Assembly: GCA_963664225.1 (NCBI GenBank)
Contig: OY760937.1
Span: forward strand, 5,312,001 to 5,376,000
Direction: 5' to 3'
Origin: Verrucomicrobiia bacterium
GTDB lineage: Bacteria > Verrucomicrobiota > Verrucomicrobiia > Limisphaerales > UBA1319
DNA: 64,000 nucleotides
Position 1 is the first letter of the stretch, and the number at the start of each line of letters is the position of its first letter. The notes beneath the pieces are model-generated. The model was given only the letters and a program-made list of their open reading frames with translations. It was not told where the DNA came from and did not search any database. This document shows positions 12,187 through 22,656 of this stretch, in pieces. The translations under genes were made by a program, and so were the position numbers.

Positions 12187-14649
12187 CTACGGGTTTCCGA
12201 GTGAACCCGCGTTTCGAGTTGAATCCGGTTTCATCAGCCGCACGTCATAGACGCCACCTCCCGTTGCACCGGGTTTGGCGGAGAACTTGATGCTCACGTG
12301 GCCATTGGTCGAATGGGAGAGAATCTTTTCCGGGAGAGCATAACGTTTTTCGAAATACCGATTCGGGTTGGAATGATCCACCGTCTCGGTCGCCAGCAAC
12401 TCTCCGTTGACGAAAATATCGTACGCGCGGCCCACATCTCCGCCCCAATAGGTCACAGCCAGTTCCACGCGCTTTTCGCCGCAAGTGTCGAGGCCATACT
12501 GGAACCACTCCCCACGCCGCCAGCGGCGTCCGTTGCGCAATCCGGAATCGCTCTTCTCTCCAACAAAATCGTGCTCCACTTCCGGCTGTTGCTCGCCAAC
12601 GGCAACCCGGTCCAATGTGTTTGCCTCACGCAGGGCTTTGGCGCGTTCCTCGGCGGCAATGCGTTCGCGCCGGGAGGCAATCTCCTCCTTCGTGGTCAGT
12701 TGCCAGTACATCTGGTAGCGCTGGCCATGCAAACGGAAGAAAGGAATGAGTGGCAGCCCTTCCGGCGCGGAGGGTTCCACAACATCCGCAAGGCGGAAAT
12801 GCATGGGCCCGGCGGCGGTGTCCATTTTGATGTGTCCGGGAAGGTCGTCCGCACTGGAAAGCAGCACGGGAACGCGATCCACCGGAACCAGGGGGCCGGA
12901 GGCAACGTGGCCCATGCGGCTGTCATTGGCGAACAGGCCGGACAGATTGTTCGTGCCCGCAGGCCAGGCGAGCACAATTGGGCCGCGCAGAATGGCCACC
13001 CAATCGGACCCGTCGGGTAATCGTTCAAACGTGGTGCGCATTGGCAGTTCCACTTCCACGCGATCTCCGTCCCTCCATTCGCGGCGCAACTCAGCGTATG
13101 ATGAAGGCGTCGAAGAAACTGTGACAGATTTGCCATTGACTCGCACGGCGAATTGGCCTGCCGCCACCCAACCGGGGTGACGCAAATAGAGCGTAAACTT
13201 TGCGGACTTTTTCAGTTTCAGCGTTAGCTTGGTTCTCGGTTCATCAGGAAAAGTGGTTTTCTGGTGGAGCATCAGACCGAGGTTGCTCGCTTTGAGTTCC
13301 GAAGCGATGAAGAGATTGACGTAGATGCCGTTTGTGGCCTGTGCGTAAATGAACTCGCCATACTTGCCAGGATTTTCCATGCCAGTGCCCACACAGCACC
13401 AGAATCCCTTGCTCGGCTGCGAATACACACGGTAATGCTCAGGGCGGATCGGCGTGAAATACACGTAACCCGGCGTTACGGGATTGATGGACGCGAGAAT
13501 GTGATTGTAGAGCGCGCGCTCGTAGTAATCGGCATACGCGGCCCTGGGCTGACTCGCAAACAACTCCCCGGTCAGCCGGAGCATGTTGTAAGTGTTGCAC
13601 GTCTCCGGACCTTCCCGGCTCTCCAGCATGGCGCTGAAATTCTTCGGGTCATTGAAGTGTTCTGAAACGCTGTTGCCCCCAAAGGCTACCGTGCGCGCGC
13701 CAGTGACATTCTCCCAAAAGTAGCGCGCGCCCGAATCGGCATCCTTGTCACCGGTAAGCGTCGCGATGCGTTCCAGGCCCACGACCTTGGGAATTTGCGT
13801 GTTGGCATGCTTGCCGGTCAGTTGATCCTCGTGGCGAACCAACGGATCCAAAACGGCTTTGTGGCAGAATCGCTGTGCCAGGCGCAGATACTTCTCGTCC
13901 CGTGTGATCGCATAAATGTCCGCCAGCACCTCGTTCATGCCGCCATGCTCCTGGCCGAGCATCCGTTGCATTTGGTCGTCGGAAAGCCCAGAGGTGATTT
14001 TCTCGCACCAATCGCCGCAGCGAACCAGGATGTTGCGGGCTTGCACGTTGCCGACATACCAGTACGCATCCCGCAGACCTGCGAAGGTCTTGTGCAGGTT
14101 ATACCACGGCACCCATTTGCGATTTACAGCATCCACCTGGCCTTCGGCAACGGCTTTCCAAAGCACCCTGCTTCCCGGGACGCCACCCAGATACCCATCG
14201 CTCGAAGCTTTCTGGCAACGGTCCATCTCTGCGATCATGTAATCCAGTCGCCGCCGCAATTCTCCCCCGGGCGTGTCAGAGCCAGACGCCACCATGGATG
14301 CCAGCGCCGAGAGGTAATGGCCCGCGGTGTGCCCGTCAAGCCCGCTGCTTTCCCAGTTTCCGTAAACCTTCGCCTTTGGCTCCAGACCGGCTTCACGCAG
14401 GTACGGTGCGAGCAGGCGATCCGGTTCCACCGCCAACAAATAGGCGCGGTTGGCTTTCACCGCATCAGCAAACGGACCGTCCAGCAAACGTACCGCGGTC
14501 AACGGTGGCATCACGGCCGGAGTTGCAATGGCGGGTAGCTCGTCCGCTTGAATCGGGAGCCTCAGACACCCCACTATCAGGGCGGAAATCGCCAAGGTGG
14601 CGGTCTTTTTTGAAAGTACGCCGATGGAAGGGAAGTGGATTCTCATCAT
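12187..14649 (-). CDS. GH127/GH146 beta-L-arabinofuranosidase-like protein with C-terminal accessory domains
   Basis: GHTAGHYLSA, EHGGMNE, HANTQIPK, ETCNTYNML, FWCCVGTGMEN. Confidence 0.9.
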   Translation of the reverse strand: MMRIHFPSIGVLSKKTATLAISALIVGCLRLPIQADELPAIATPAVMPPLTAVRLLDGPFADAVKANRAYLLAVEPDRLLAPYLREAGLEPKAKVYGNWESSGLDGHTAGHYLSALASMVASGSDTPGGELRRRLDYMIAEMDRCQKASSDGYLGGVPGSRVLWKAVAEGQVDAVNRKWVPWYNLHKTFAGLRDAYWYVGNVQARNILVRCGDWCEKITSGLSDDQMQRMLGQEHGGMNEVLADIYAITRDEKYLRLAQRFCHKAVLDPLVRHEDQLTGKHANTQIPKVVGLERIATLTGDKDADSGARYFWENVTGARTVAFGGNSVSEHFNDPKNFSAMLESREGPETCNTYNMLRLTGELFASQPRAAYADYYERALYNHILASINPVTPGYVYFTPIRPEHYRVYSQPSKGFWCCVGTGMENPGKYGEFIYAQATNGIYVNLFIASELKASNLGLMLHQKTTFPDEPRTKLTLKLKKSAKFTLYLRHPGWVAAGQFAVRVNGKSVTVSSTPSSYAELRREWRDGDRVEVELPMRTTFERLPDGSDWVAILRGPIVLAWPAGTNNLSGLFANDSRMGHVASGPLVPVDRVPVLLSSADDLPGHIKMDTAAGPMHFRLADVVEPSAPEGLPLIPFFRLHGQRYQMYWQLTTKEEIASRRERIAAEERAKALREANTLDRVAVGEQQPEVEHDFVGEKSDSGLRNGRRWRRGEWFQYGLDTCGEKRVELAVTYWGGDVGRAYDIFVNGELLATETVDHSNPNRYFEKRYALPEKILSHSTNGHVSIKFSAKPGATGGGVYDVRLMKPDSTRNAGSLGNP

Positions 14650-14725
14650 TCGAGGTTTCTCGCGGTCTGAATAAGGGCAGGCATAATCTGTTCGGGCACC
14701 TGCAATGGATCAGGTGTTTGAATTG

Positions 14726-14759
14726 AAAAGGGTCCCCGGACTTCAGAATTCCGGGGACC
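14726..14759 (-). terminator. Intrinsic terminator/attenuator between the GH51 and GH127/146 genes
   Basis: Perfect 10-bp stem GGTCCCCGGA/TCCGGGGACC (14731-14759) followed by CTTTT on the minus strand. Confidence 0.65.
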
Positions 14760-14787
14760 ATGATGATCAGGTTGCCTCTGTATTCGG

Positions 14788-16872
14788 TTACCGTGTGTTG
14801 AGCTTGATGACGGTGAAGGAGAATTTCGGCAGCGTCCAGGCGAAGCGGGTGCCCAAGCCGCGGATTTTCTCGGCAACGGGAACCAGCTTGACCGGGTCTT
14901 TCAGCAAATTCGTATCGTCCACTTTGTCCGCGGAGAGCGTGATGACCTCGCCTTTGCCGGAAACGGACTTTACGCCGGTGACGTTCACGCAAACCTGTTG
15001 CGGCGCCTCGGCCACATTCACCACTTTTAGATAAATGGTGCCTTTGGAGTCGCGCGTGGCGCTGTAATAGATGCTGGACACTTTGCGAGTCGCCGCCGTG
15101 CCACCATTGCGACCCGCGCGGGTGGTCTGTTCAATGGTCGAAATGCCTTCAGCCTTCACCGGCACAATGACGGTGCCACAGTTTTGGGCGAACATGGTCT
15201 CGACGTAATACGACGGCGAACCGTAGCTGTTCAGCGCGTCGTAGCCGATCAGGTCGCTCTCCCATTGCATGGAGCGTCCATTGCCGGTGAGTTGGCTCAC
15301 GTTGACGAACAACGGAGCGAAGCATTCCATGATGACCAGGTCGGAATTGCGTTCCATACCACACATCCAGACGGCGTCGCCGAGCGCACCGGCCATATTG
15401 GGCGTGGGCGAACCAACACGCGTGGCCCATTCACCGCAGAAGACCTTGCTCTCATTTGTGGCGCGGCTGCGTTTGTCGTACTGGTTGAAGTTGACCTCCA
15501 TGTCCTGCTGATTGCGGTAGAAGTGTTCGTCCACGAGGTCGGGCAGGCGGCCCTTGACCCACACCTCTGGGCGTTGTTCATGTCCCATCGAGGAGATGAC
15601 CTTCAGATGTGGGTACCTGGCTTTGATGGCGTCATAGAACTGGACGAAACGGCCCTCATAACTGCCACTGCGATCAAACCAGTCTTCGTTTCCAACTTCT
15701 ACGTAGCGGAGCGGGAATGGCTTGGCATGGCCATCTTGCGCGCGGCGGCCCCCCCACTTCGTGGTCTTGGCGTCGCCCGTGAGGTATTCGATTTCTTCAA
15801 GGGCTTCCTGCACATAGGGCTCCAGTTTCGGGCCGGCTTCGATTTTGCCACCGTTGCCGAGGCAGTAACCTGCAAAGACGCCGAGCACGGGTTCCATGCC
15901 CAGGTCTTCGCACCACTCGGCGAACTCCAGAAGGCCCATGCCGTCGGTTGACCAATAGCCCCAGCAACTGGGATGGCCCGGACGTTGTTCAACGGGACCA
16001 ATGGTCTCTTTCCAGTTGAAACGCTGATTGAATGCGTTGCCCTCAAGATAGTTGCCGCCAGGGAACCGGAGGAACTTCGGCTTCATGTCCGCCATCAATT
16101 CCATGAGATCGACCCGATTGCCGTTGGCGCGGTTCTTGTAAGTGGGCGGGAAGAGCGAGACATTTTGCAGCCAGAGAGTGCCGGGGGTCTTGGTGGTGAG
16201 TTTGAATACATTCTCCTTCGAGGCAGTCACACGCTTTGTCGTCAGTTTTGTTTCAAACTTCTTCCATTCGGCGGTCAGACCCGTGATTGTCGCGCTCGCG
16301 TAATTGGTTGTGCCGTCCGCACTTTCAAGGCTCACAGTGACCGGGCCGGTATATCCGTTGGAGGCTTTCGCAAAAAATGACACCTGATAGGTCGTCTTCG
16401 GCTTCACGGGAATTCCCCAGAAACCGCCGTTCGCGATGCCAACGGGAGTGGTTGCTGATGCGGCGGAGGCATCAAGCTTCAGACTCACGTTCAGGAATTC
16501 GTTCAGAGGGTTGCTTGGGTCGAGCACGATCGAGGCTCCACCAACGGCAGTCCAGAACCGGGGCCTGGTGTCTGGCCGGTATGAAACCGGGAGGTATTTC
16601 CCGGCCTCGTACGTTTCGGGTTTGACGCTTGGGACCACAGCATCCGCCTTGAACGAGCGATTGCGAATCAGTTCGCCGTAGAGGCCGCCTTCGTACGCGT
16701 AATTGATTTCCTCGGTCATCAGCCCGAAAAGAATCGGGCTGACCTGGTTGGTCGCCTGGTCGGCTTGAATTTCCAGCGTCGGCATCGCCTCGGCAGCCGA
16801 AAGTCGGCCTCCGGAGGCCGTTGCCAACCCGACCAGGGCGGCCAGTAAAATGTATTTATGGGACAATTTCAT
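14788..16872 (-). CDS. GH51 alpha-L-arabinofuranosidase with CBM4/9-like N-domain
   Basis: EEINYAYEGGLYGELIRNRSF, FLRFPGG, EVGNED, VDEHFY, GEWA, MERNSD. Confidence 0.92.
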   Translation of the reverse strand: MKLSHKYILLAALVGLATASGGRLSAAEAMPTLEIQADQATNQVSPILFGLMTEEINYAYEGGLYGELIRNRSFKADAVVPSVKPETYEAGKYLPVSYRPDTRPRFWTAVGGASIVLDPSNPLNEFLNVSLKLDASAASATTPVGIANGGFWGIPVKPKTTYQVSFFAKASNGYTGPVTVSLESADGTTNYASATITGLTAEWKKFETKLTTKRVTASKENVFKLTTKTPGTLWLQNVSLFPPTYKNRANGNRVDLMELMADMKPKFLRFPGGNYLEGNAFNQRFNWKETIGPVEQRPGHPSCWGYWSTDGMGLLEFAEWCEDLGMEPVLGVFAGYCLGNGGKIEAGPKLEPYVQEALEEIEYLTGDAKTTKWGGRRAQDGHAKPFPLRYVEVGNEDWFDRSGSYEGRFVQFYDAIKARYPHLKVISSMGHEQRPEVWVKGRLPDLVDEHFYRNQQDMEVNFNQYDKRSRATNESKVFCGEWATRVGSPTPNMAGALGDAVWMCGMERNSDLVIMECFAPLFVNVSQLTGNGRSMQWESDLIGYDALNSYGSPSYYVETMFAQNCGTVIVPVKAEGISTIEQTTRAGRNGGTAATRKVSSIYYSATRDSKGTIYLKVVNVAEAPQQVCVNVTGVKSVSGKGEVITLSADKVDDTNLLKDPVKLVPVAEKIRGLGTRFAWTLPKFSFTVIKLNTR

Positions 16873-16957
16873 GATGTGTGAATTTCGAATGCATTTACGT
16901 CTGGAATCATCTTCAGGTTTCAGACCGAGAGACTATGAATTTCCCGCCAGAATGGAA

Positions 16958-16975
16958 ATGAGTAAACATACTTAT
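16958..16975. promoter_or_regulatory. Putative response-regulator site, copy 1 (ATGAGTA-N4-TACTTAT)
   Basis: 7-4-7 imperfect palindrome with related copies at 17069 and 22639. Confidence 0.5.
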
Positions 16976-17068
16976 TGTGATTCGGCGCCAAAGAATCGCA
17001 TTCGCCGCCGCCGCGCCCTCAATGGTCCGGGTATTGCGTATCGCAAGGGGGGGGCAACGGCAATTTCC

Positions 17069-17086
17069 ATGAGCATTTCTACCTAT
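17069..17086. promoter_or_regulatory. Putative response-regulator site, copy 2 (ATGAGCA-N4-TACCTAT)
   Basis: Same motif in the divergent GH51/GH27 intergenic region. Confidence 0.45.
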
Positions 17087-17246
17087 TCACGTATGAAACT
17101 TTGCCGGTCATAGTCTGGGCGACGACAGACACTCCATGAACAACACGGAATCATTTATCGCGCATTCCTTCACAGGAACCTTGCCGAAACACCTCTCTTT
17201 GCGTTAAATCCAGGCACCAAAACCAACGCGAGCGCCGCGTCCAAAC

Positions 17247-18683
17247 ATGAAACAGATCATCACAAAAATCCTAAATGTCGTCGTCATGGCAACGCTGGTG
17301 GGAACTGCGGGCGCGGCCACAGCCGACACAAACTTCTGGAGCTGGGCAAAGAAACCACCGATGGGATGGAACTCGTGGGACTGTTTCGGTGCCGGGGTCT
17401 GGGAGTCGAACGTGACGGCAAACGCAGATTACATGGCGCAGTTTCTCAAGCCCCATGGCTGGGACATCGTCACGGTTGACATCCAATGGTATGAACCTCT
17501 CGCTCATACCACCGAGTATCGCCGTGGTGCCGTGCTGGAGATGGATGCAAACGGCCGATTGCTTCCGGCCCCGAACCGGTTCCCGATGACGGCCGCGACC
17601 CGCTCTTTCAAACCGCTTGCGGACTATTTGCACGCCAGGGGCTTGAGATTCGGCCTGCACCTGATGCGCGGCATTCCGCGCCAGGCCGTGAATCGCGATA
17701 ATTCGCCAATTCTCGGAACGCCCTATAAAGCCGCCGACATCGCAAAGACGAATTCCACCTGCCCATGGAACTCCGACATGTATGGCGTGGACATGACCAA
17801 ACCTGGCGCGCAGGAGTACTATGATTCGGTCTTCGCCTTGCTGGCATCGTGGGATCTGGACTACGTGAAAGTGGACGACCTCTCCTCGCCTTACCACCGG
17901 GACGAAATCGAAGCCATTCGTAAGGCCATCGACCGTTCTGGCAGGCCGATTTTGCTTTCGACTTCGCCGGGCGCAACGCCCGTCAGCCAGGGCGAACATG
18001 TCCAGACCCATGCCAACTTGTGGCGGATCAGCGACGATTTCTGGGACAGTTGGCCCGCGCTGCACGAGCAGTTTGCGCGGTTGAACAGTTGGACGCCCTT
18101 TCGCGGTCCCGGGCATTGGCCGGACGCGGACATGCTCCCCCTTGGCAACGTCCGGGCGTGGCAGACTCGGGACAACTGGACGCACTTTACCAGGGACGAG
18201 CAGTTCACACTGATGACCCTGTGGTGCATTGCCCGTTCTCCGTTGATCGTCGGTGGCAACCTGCCGAAAAACGATGCGTTCACCCTCGCGCTTCTCACCA
18301 ATGATGAGGTGCTCGCGGTCAATCAGAATTCCACAAATAACCGGCAACTCTTCAATACCAATAATCAAGTCGCCTGGATTGCGGATATGCCGGGATCGAA
18401 AGACAAATACGTGGCGATCTTCAACGTCTCGCCTGCACCCGTTCGCGGTCGGCGCGGTGGAGGGTCCGGCACAAACTCAGTTTCGGCCGCAACAAACGCA
18501 CCTGCCGCTGATGCCAGCCAACCCGTCGCCATCTCGGTTTCCCTGGCTGAGATTGGCGTCACGGGACCGGCCAGGGTCCGTGATCTTTGGAACCACAAAG
18601 ACCTCGGTGATGTCGATGGCAAACTCACTCAGACCATCAACTCGCATGGTGCGGGCCTTTACCGGGTGCAGGCTCGGAACTAA
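17247..18683 (+). CDS. GH27 alpha-galactosidase / beta-L-arabinopyranosidase
   Basis: PPMGWNSWD, VDIQWY, DYVKVDD, WRISDDFWD, WPDADMLPLG. Confidence 0.92.
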   Translation: MKQIITKILNVVVMATLVGTAGAATADTNFWSWAKKPPMGWNSWDCFGAGVWESNVTANADYMAQFLKPHGWDIVTVDIQWYEPLAHTTEYRRGAVLEMDANGRLLPAPNRFPMTAATRSFKPLADYLHARGLRFGLHLMRGIPRQAVNRDNSPILGTPYKAADIAKTNSTCPWNSDMYGVDMTKPGAQEYYDSVFALLASWDLDYVKVDDLSSPYHRDEIEAIRKAIDRSGRPILLSTSPGATPVSQGEHVQTHANLWRISDDFWDSWPALHEQFARLNSWTPFRGPGHWPDADMLPLGNVRAWQTRDNWTHFTRDEQFTLMTLWCIARSPLIVGGNLPKNDAFTLALLTNDEVLAVNQNSTNNRQLFNTNNQVAWIADMPGSKDKYVAIFNVSPAPVRGRRGGGSGTNSVSAATNAPAADASQPVAISVSLAEIGVTGPARVRDLWNHKDLGDVDGKLTQTINSHGAGLYRVQARN

Positions 18684-18710
18684 CGGACCGCTTGCCTTCG
18701 GGCAAACGCA

Positions 18711-19370
18711 TTAAAGGTGCGCGCTGTTGTCGAAGGCAAACTTCAGCAGGCTGTGGGTGCCATGGAGCTTTAGCTTGTCGCAGATATGTTGGCGATGATT
18801 GTCAACGGTCCGGACGCTCAGGCTGAGGCGGTCGGCAATTTCCTTGCTGGTATAATCCTCGCCGATGAGCTTGAGGATTCGGCGTTCTGCCGGAGTTAGA
18901 GCTTCAATCTGAGGTTTGCTCAATAGCAACTCGCGCACACGATCACTGCGGCGCTTCCCAACATCGAGCATCGAGGCCGTAAGAAAGGTCTCGCCCCGGT
19001 TGACTTTTTCCAGTGCCGCCACAATGTCGGTTGCGGCGTTTTCTTTTAATACATACGCCTTGACCCCCAAATCCATTGCCGCATTAAACATATCCTCCTC
19101 GTTGTACATGGTCAGGATGATGACCTTCACCTCAAAGGGCAGCTTCCGGATCTCCCGAATCGTTTCCAGTCCGTTGAGCCGCGGCATATCGATGTCTGTA
19201 ATGACGATGTCCGGTTTAAGTGAGGCCATCAATTCCAGCGCCACTTTCCCATCAGCGGCCTCTCCAACGATCTTGAAGCGGGAGTTGCGACCGATGGCGT
19301 CACGGACCCCAATGCGGAGGAGTTGATGGTCATCCACAACCAGCACTTTCACTGCTTCGGTCATAATCAT
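18711..19370 (-). CDS. NarL/LuxR-family response regulator
   Basis: VVDDH...DIDMP receiver domain; LTPAERRIL...SKEIADRLSLSVRTV LuxR HTH; 4-bp overlap with the kinase. Confidence 0.95.
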   Translation of the reverse strand: MIMTEAVKVLVVDDHQLLRIGVRDAIGRNSRFKIVGEAADGKVALELMASLKPDIVITDIDMPRLNGLETIREIRKLPFEVKVIILTMYNEEDMFNAAMDLGVKAYVLKENAATDIVAALEKVNRGETFLTASMLDVGKRRSDRVRELLLSKPQIEALTPAERRILKLIGEDYTSKEIADRLSLSVRTVDNHRQHICDKLKLHGTHSLLKFAFDNSAHL

Positions 19371-22300
19371 TTTTTATTCAACGGAACATCGACGTTCAAA
19401 CTGGTGCCCTGGCTCGGTTGCGAGTCGATGGTCATTGTTCCTCCCAATATACGCACCCGCTCGGCCATGCCGCTAAGCCCATATCCAAGGTCGTATGATT
19501 CAGACGATAGTTTCGCAGGATCGCAACCCCGGCCATTGTCCCGGATCGACACCGTGACACCACCAGTGCGAACCTTGATCACCACGGTTGCCTCCGTCGC
19601 TCCAGAGTGCTTGACCACGTTGTTGACGGCCTCCTGAACAATTCGGTAAACGTGGATCTCCGCATCCTTGTCGAACAATTCATCAATGTCTTCCACGCGG
19701 CTGGCAAAAAGGATGGAACAATTCTCGGAGGCGCGATTGACCGAGGCGCGGATCGCCTGTGTCAAACCCAGGCGGTCGAGTTGATACGGCCGCAAACCGT
19801 GAGTGATCTGGCGCACTTCATCGATGGCTTGCGATGTGGTAATCGAGATCTCCTTCAAACGATCCTGCAATCCATGATCGCTGGGATTGGACTGCATTGC
19901 CATCAACGCATGGTTCTTTATCGCCAGCAGAACCTGACCGAGGCTGTCGTGCAAATTCGACGCAATGCGGCGCCGCTCTTCTTCAACACGCGCCAGCACC
20001 TTGCGCGAAAACGCGAGCTGGGTCGCCTGCTGCCGTTCCAAACGCCGCCGCAATAGATAAGCCCAAAGCAAAGCCCCAACGGTGACTGCAATCAGCACTC
20101 CAATGAGAACCGCCGTCTTTTTCCAGGTCCACCAGGGAGGTCCGCTCAGCAAAACGATATCCGCCGGGTTCCTCAGCAAAATGTTCAATGGCGCCCCTAC
20201 CGCCTCGTCATCGCACACACCAGTGAGACGGACCAGACTCCCGGGAGTGATATCAGGCAGGGGACCGCTGCCAAACGCAAGCGACGCAACAAAAACCCGC
20301 TCCTGGTGCTGGAGTTCGAATACTTGATTAAAACCATTTGTCTTGCGCGACAACAACGTCGCCTTGGCGGTAACCAACCTGCCAACCTGGTCGGTGGACA
20401 TCCCCTTTGCCAGGTCTAGTTCTTTGGGTTTCACTGGCTCTCCGAAGCCCGCGGCACGCACCACCGCATCCTTCAATGTTCGGCTAGGACCACCGGGCAT
20501 TTGAAACGCGAGCACCTCCACCCGTTTGCCGATTTCAGCGACGAACCCGTCCGCGCTTTCCACCCGGATGCCCCCGGCGGCATCCTGCATGAAAAACAAC
20601 CGGGCATCCCGCCAGGTGACTTCGCCTGCCACGCGCACTCTGTGGGCCCTTGCCAGATCAAGATCCTCCGAAAGCACATCAATTATGGAACGCTGAGGAA
20701 CCGCAAACGGGTCTTGTGGCGGAGTCTCGTCCATCTGAACAAAAGCCTGGGATGGAATAAGCAAAACGGGCCCGGGCAGCACTTCCAAAGAGAGCACGCC
20801 CCTTGCGCGCACTTTCGCATCGACATAGCGGGCCAGGTGATTGGACGCTGTATTGCCAATCCAGAGGCGGACATCGCCACTGTTTTCGAACAGGGTTAGC
20901 GTGCCGTCTGAATTGAACGAATGTACAACACCTTGAACTTCGGTCCACCGCCCATCCCGGTTCCCAGGCACAGGCCACCCCAGAGGTTGGTCAACTGGCG
21001 ATGGCATGGAGTGCGGTCCCATATCGACAACCACCAGAGGAGTGATCGCTCCAATGTTCTTGCCCGGTTCCAGTGCACCAGCAATATCCACCCACTCTCC
21101 CACTTTGAATTGGTCCTTAAAACGCCCGTCTTTGAGGGTAACGCGAAGTGCCGCCGCGCCTTCCTGTACGTAAATGGAGTCCGTTCCAAGGACCCGGTCA
21201 TTAAACGTCACCACACCTCGAGTGGCAAAGAACCCCTCCATGGCAGAGTTCTTTGTGAGCGCGCTCTGTGCCGGTTGGCTCAATTCATTCACCACTCTAT
21301 TGGCGGGACTTCCCTGAACGACTGAAATGCCGTTGCTCGATGTAGCCCAGATGAGTCCCGGGATCAGGGTGCCTTTTGGATCGTATGCCCCCTCGCAGAC
21401 GCCCTCGATTCGGACCACGGCGTTTGTGAGTCGCCTGGCCAGTTCCGCGTTCCATCGCAATCCGCGAACTTGCGCCGACGCCTGCCCGTCGGATATTTCC
21501 AAAAAGGCCGACCCTCGTTCCTCCCCTGCAAATTTCACCGTTCCTTCAACAACGGCCCAACGGAAACTGTCTTCGGGCTGCCATGTTTGGCCCAGGGAAA
21601 TCGGGACCGGTTTCGGCATGGGTCCTGATCCGATTACAGTAATTGCGGCCTCTTTGACCGTCAGAGCGGACACAAATGCGCGTGGACCTCCCATGCCAAT
21701 CAATCGACCCAGAGTGAAATTAGTCCAGTATTCACGTAAAATTCCTGTGTTTGTCTTGGCAACCTCTCCTTCATGCCAAGGAGTGAGGTAAGTGCCATCG
21801 ATGACAGATTGTTCGATCGTTGGTCCCTGCCAGGCCACGGACAGGTTTTCCAATCCAGCCGTCTGTTCCTGCAAAGCTTCAATGTAGTACATTTCCCCGG
21901 CTTTGAGCTCGATTGGTTCCGAATGCTGCGATGGGAATCGCGACCATTCGCGCGGTTCGACAAATAAAAACGTCGGAACCGTGCCGATCCTCCTGATGGT
22001 CGTTGGGCTCGCATCAAGTCCCAGCCACAACTCCGAGGAATTGTCGCTGGCGATCCAGAAACTATATCGCCCCGTAACGGGCGGGCGCAGCCATCCACGC
22101 ATTCGGGTCAGGTAATACTCGCCCCCGTTGGTGGGAGCCTCAAACACTGGCCGAATATCCAAGCCAGAGGGTCGATACGGATAATCCGGGAAACGCGAAA
22201 AATACGGTGAGCAGTTGGTGCCATCGATTCGGACGATTTGTCCCGATTCCACCTTGCCCAGGCCGGATATGATATGGAGCGTCACCGCCGCATTCGTGTC

Positions 22301-22573
22301 TTGCAGGACAACCAGTTGCCGGTTCGTATCGACCAGCGTGACCACGCCCTCCAAATGAAAATCACATCCTCCGAGAAAATCCGCTCCCGAAATCGTCCTG
22401 AATTGCGCCGCGTTGGTGACATAATGGCGCTGGCTTGCGCCGGTTGGCTCAAGCAAACTCTCTGCAGGAACCTCATTTGTGCACCATAACCCAGCGATAC
22501 TCGCCAAAACGAGAACCGCCGACCGCACACACGCATTGATTTTCGTGGCGCAATGTTGAAGCAATAAAGTCAT
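19367..22573 (-). CDS. Sensor histidine kinase (HisKA_3/HATPase) with a large extracytoplasmic region containing a PA14 domain
   Basis: ERRRIASNLHD H-box, QEAVNNVVKHS, DNGRG, GYGLSGM; TM after PPWWT; PA14 signature RMRGWLRPPVTGRYSFWIASDNSSELW. ATG 22573 preferred over 22801. Confidence 0.9.
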   Translation of the reverse strand: MTLLLQHCATKINACVRSAVLVLASIAGLWCTNEVPAESLLEPTGASQRHYVTNAAQFRTISGADFLGGCDFHLEGVVTLVDTNRQLVVLQDTNAAVTLHIISGLGKVESGQIVRIDGTNCSPYFSRFPDYPYRPSGLDIRPVFEAPTNGGEYYLTRMRGWLRPPVTGRYSFWIASDNSSELWLGLDASPTTIRRIGTVPTFLFVEPREWSRFPSQHSEPIELKAGEMYYIEALQEQTAGLENLSVAWQGPTIEQSVIDGTYLTPWHEGEVAKTNTGILREYWTNFTLGRLIGMGGPRAFVSALTVKEAAITVIGSGPMPKPVPISLGQTWQPEDSFRWAVVEGTVKFAGEERGSAFLEISDGQASAQVRGLRWNAELARRLTNAVVRIEGVCEGAYDPKGTLIPGLIWATSSNGISVVQGSPANRVVNELSQPAQSALTKNSAMEGFFATRGVVTFNDRVLGTDSIYVQEGAAALRVTLKDGRFKDQFKVGEWVDIAGALEPGKNIGAITPLVVVDMGPHSMPSPVDQPLGWPVPGNRDGRWTEVQGVVHSFNSDGTLTLFENSGDVRLWIGNTASNHLARYVDAKVRARGVLSLEVLPGPVLLIPSQAFVQMDETPPQDPFAVPQRSIIDVLSEDLDLARAHRVRVAGEVTWRDARLFFMQDAAGGIRVESADGFVAEIGKRVEVLAFQMPGGPSRTLKDAVVRAAGFGEPVKPKELDLAKGMSTDQVGRLVTAKATLLSRKTNGFNQVFELQHQERVFVASLAFGSGPLPDITPGSLVRLTGVCDDEAVGAPLNILLRNPADIVLLSGPPWWTWKKTAVLIGVLIAVTVGALLWAYLLRRRLERQQATQLAFSRKVLARVEEERRRIASNLHDSLGQVLLAIKNHALMAMQSNPSDHGLQDRLKEISITTSQAIDEVRQITHGLRPYQLDRLGLTQAIRASVNRASENCSILFASRVEDIDELFDKDAEIHVYRIVQEAVNNVVKHSGATEATVVIKVRTGGVTVSIRDNGRGCDPAKLSSESYDLGYGLSGMAERVRILGGTMTIDSQPSQGTSLNVDVPLNKK

Positions 22574-22638
22574 CTGACCGGCAACAATACCGCCGCCATC
22601 TCTTACCACGCCGGGGTGTCCGCACCAAGGCGATTTGC

Positions 22639-22656
22639 ATGAGTATTCATGCTCAT
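22639..22656. promoter_or_regulatory. Putative response-regulator site, copy 3 (ATGAGTA-N4-TGCTCAT), upstream of the kinase
   Basis: Near-perfect 7-4-7 palindrome about 65 bp upstream of ATG 22573. Confidence 0.5.
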
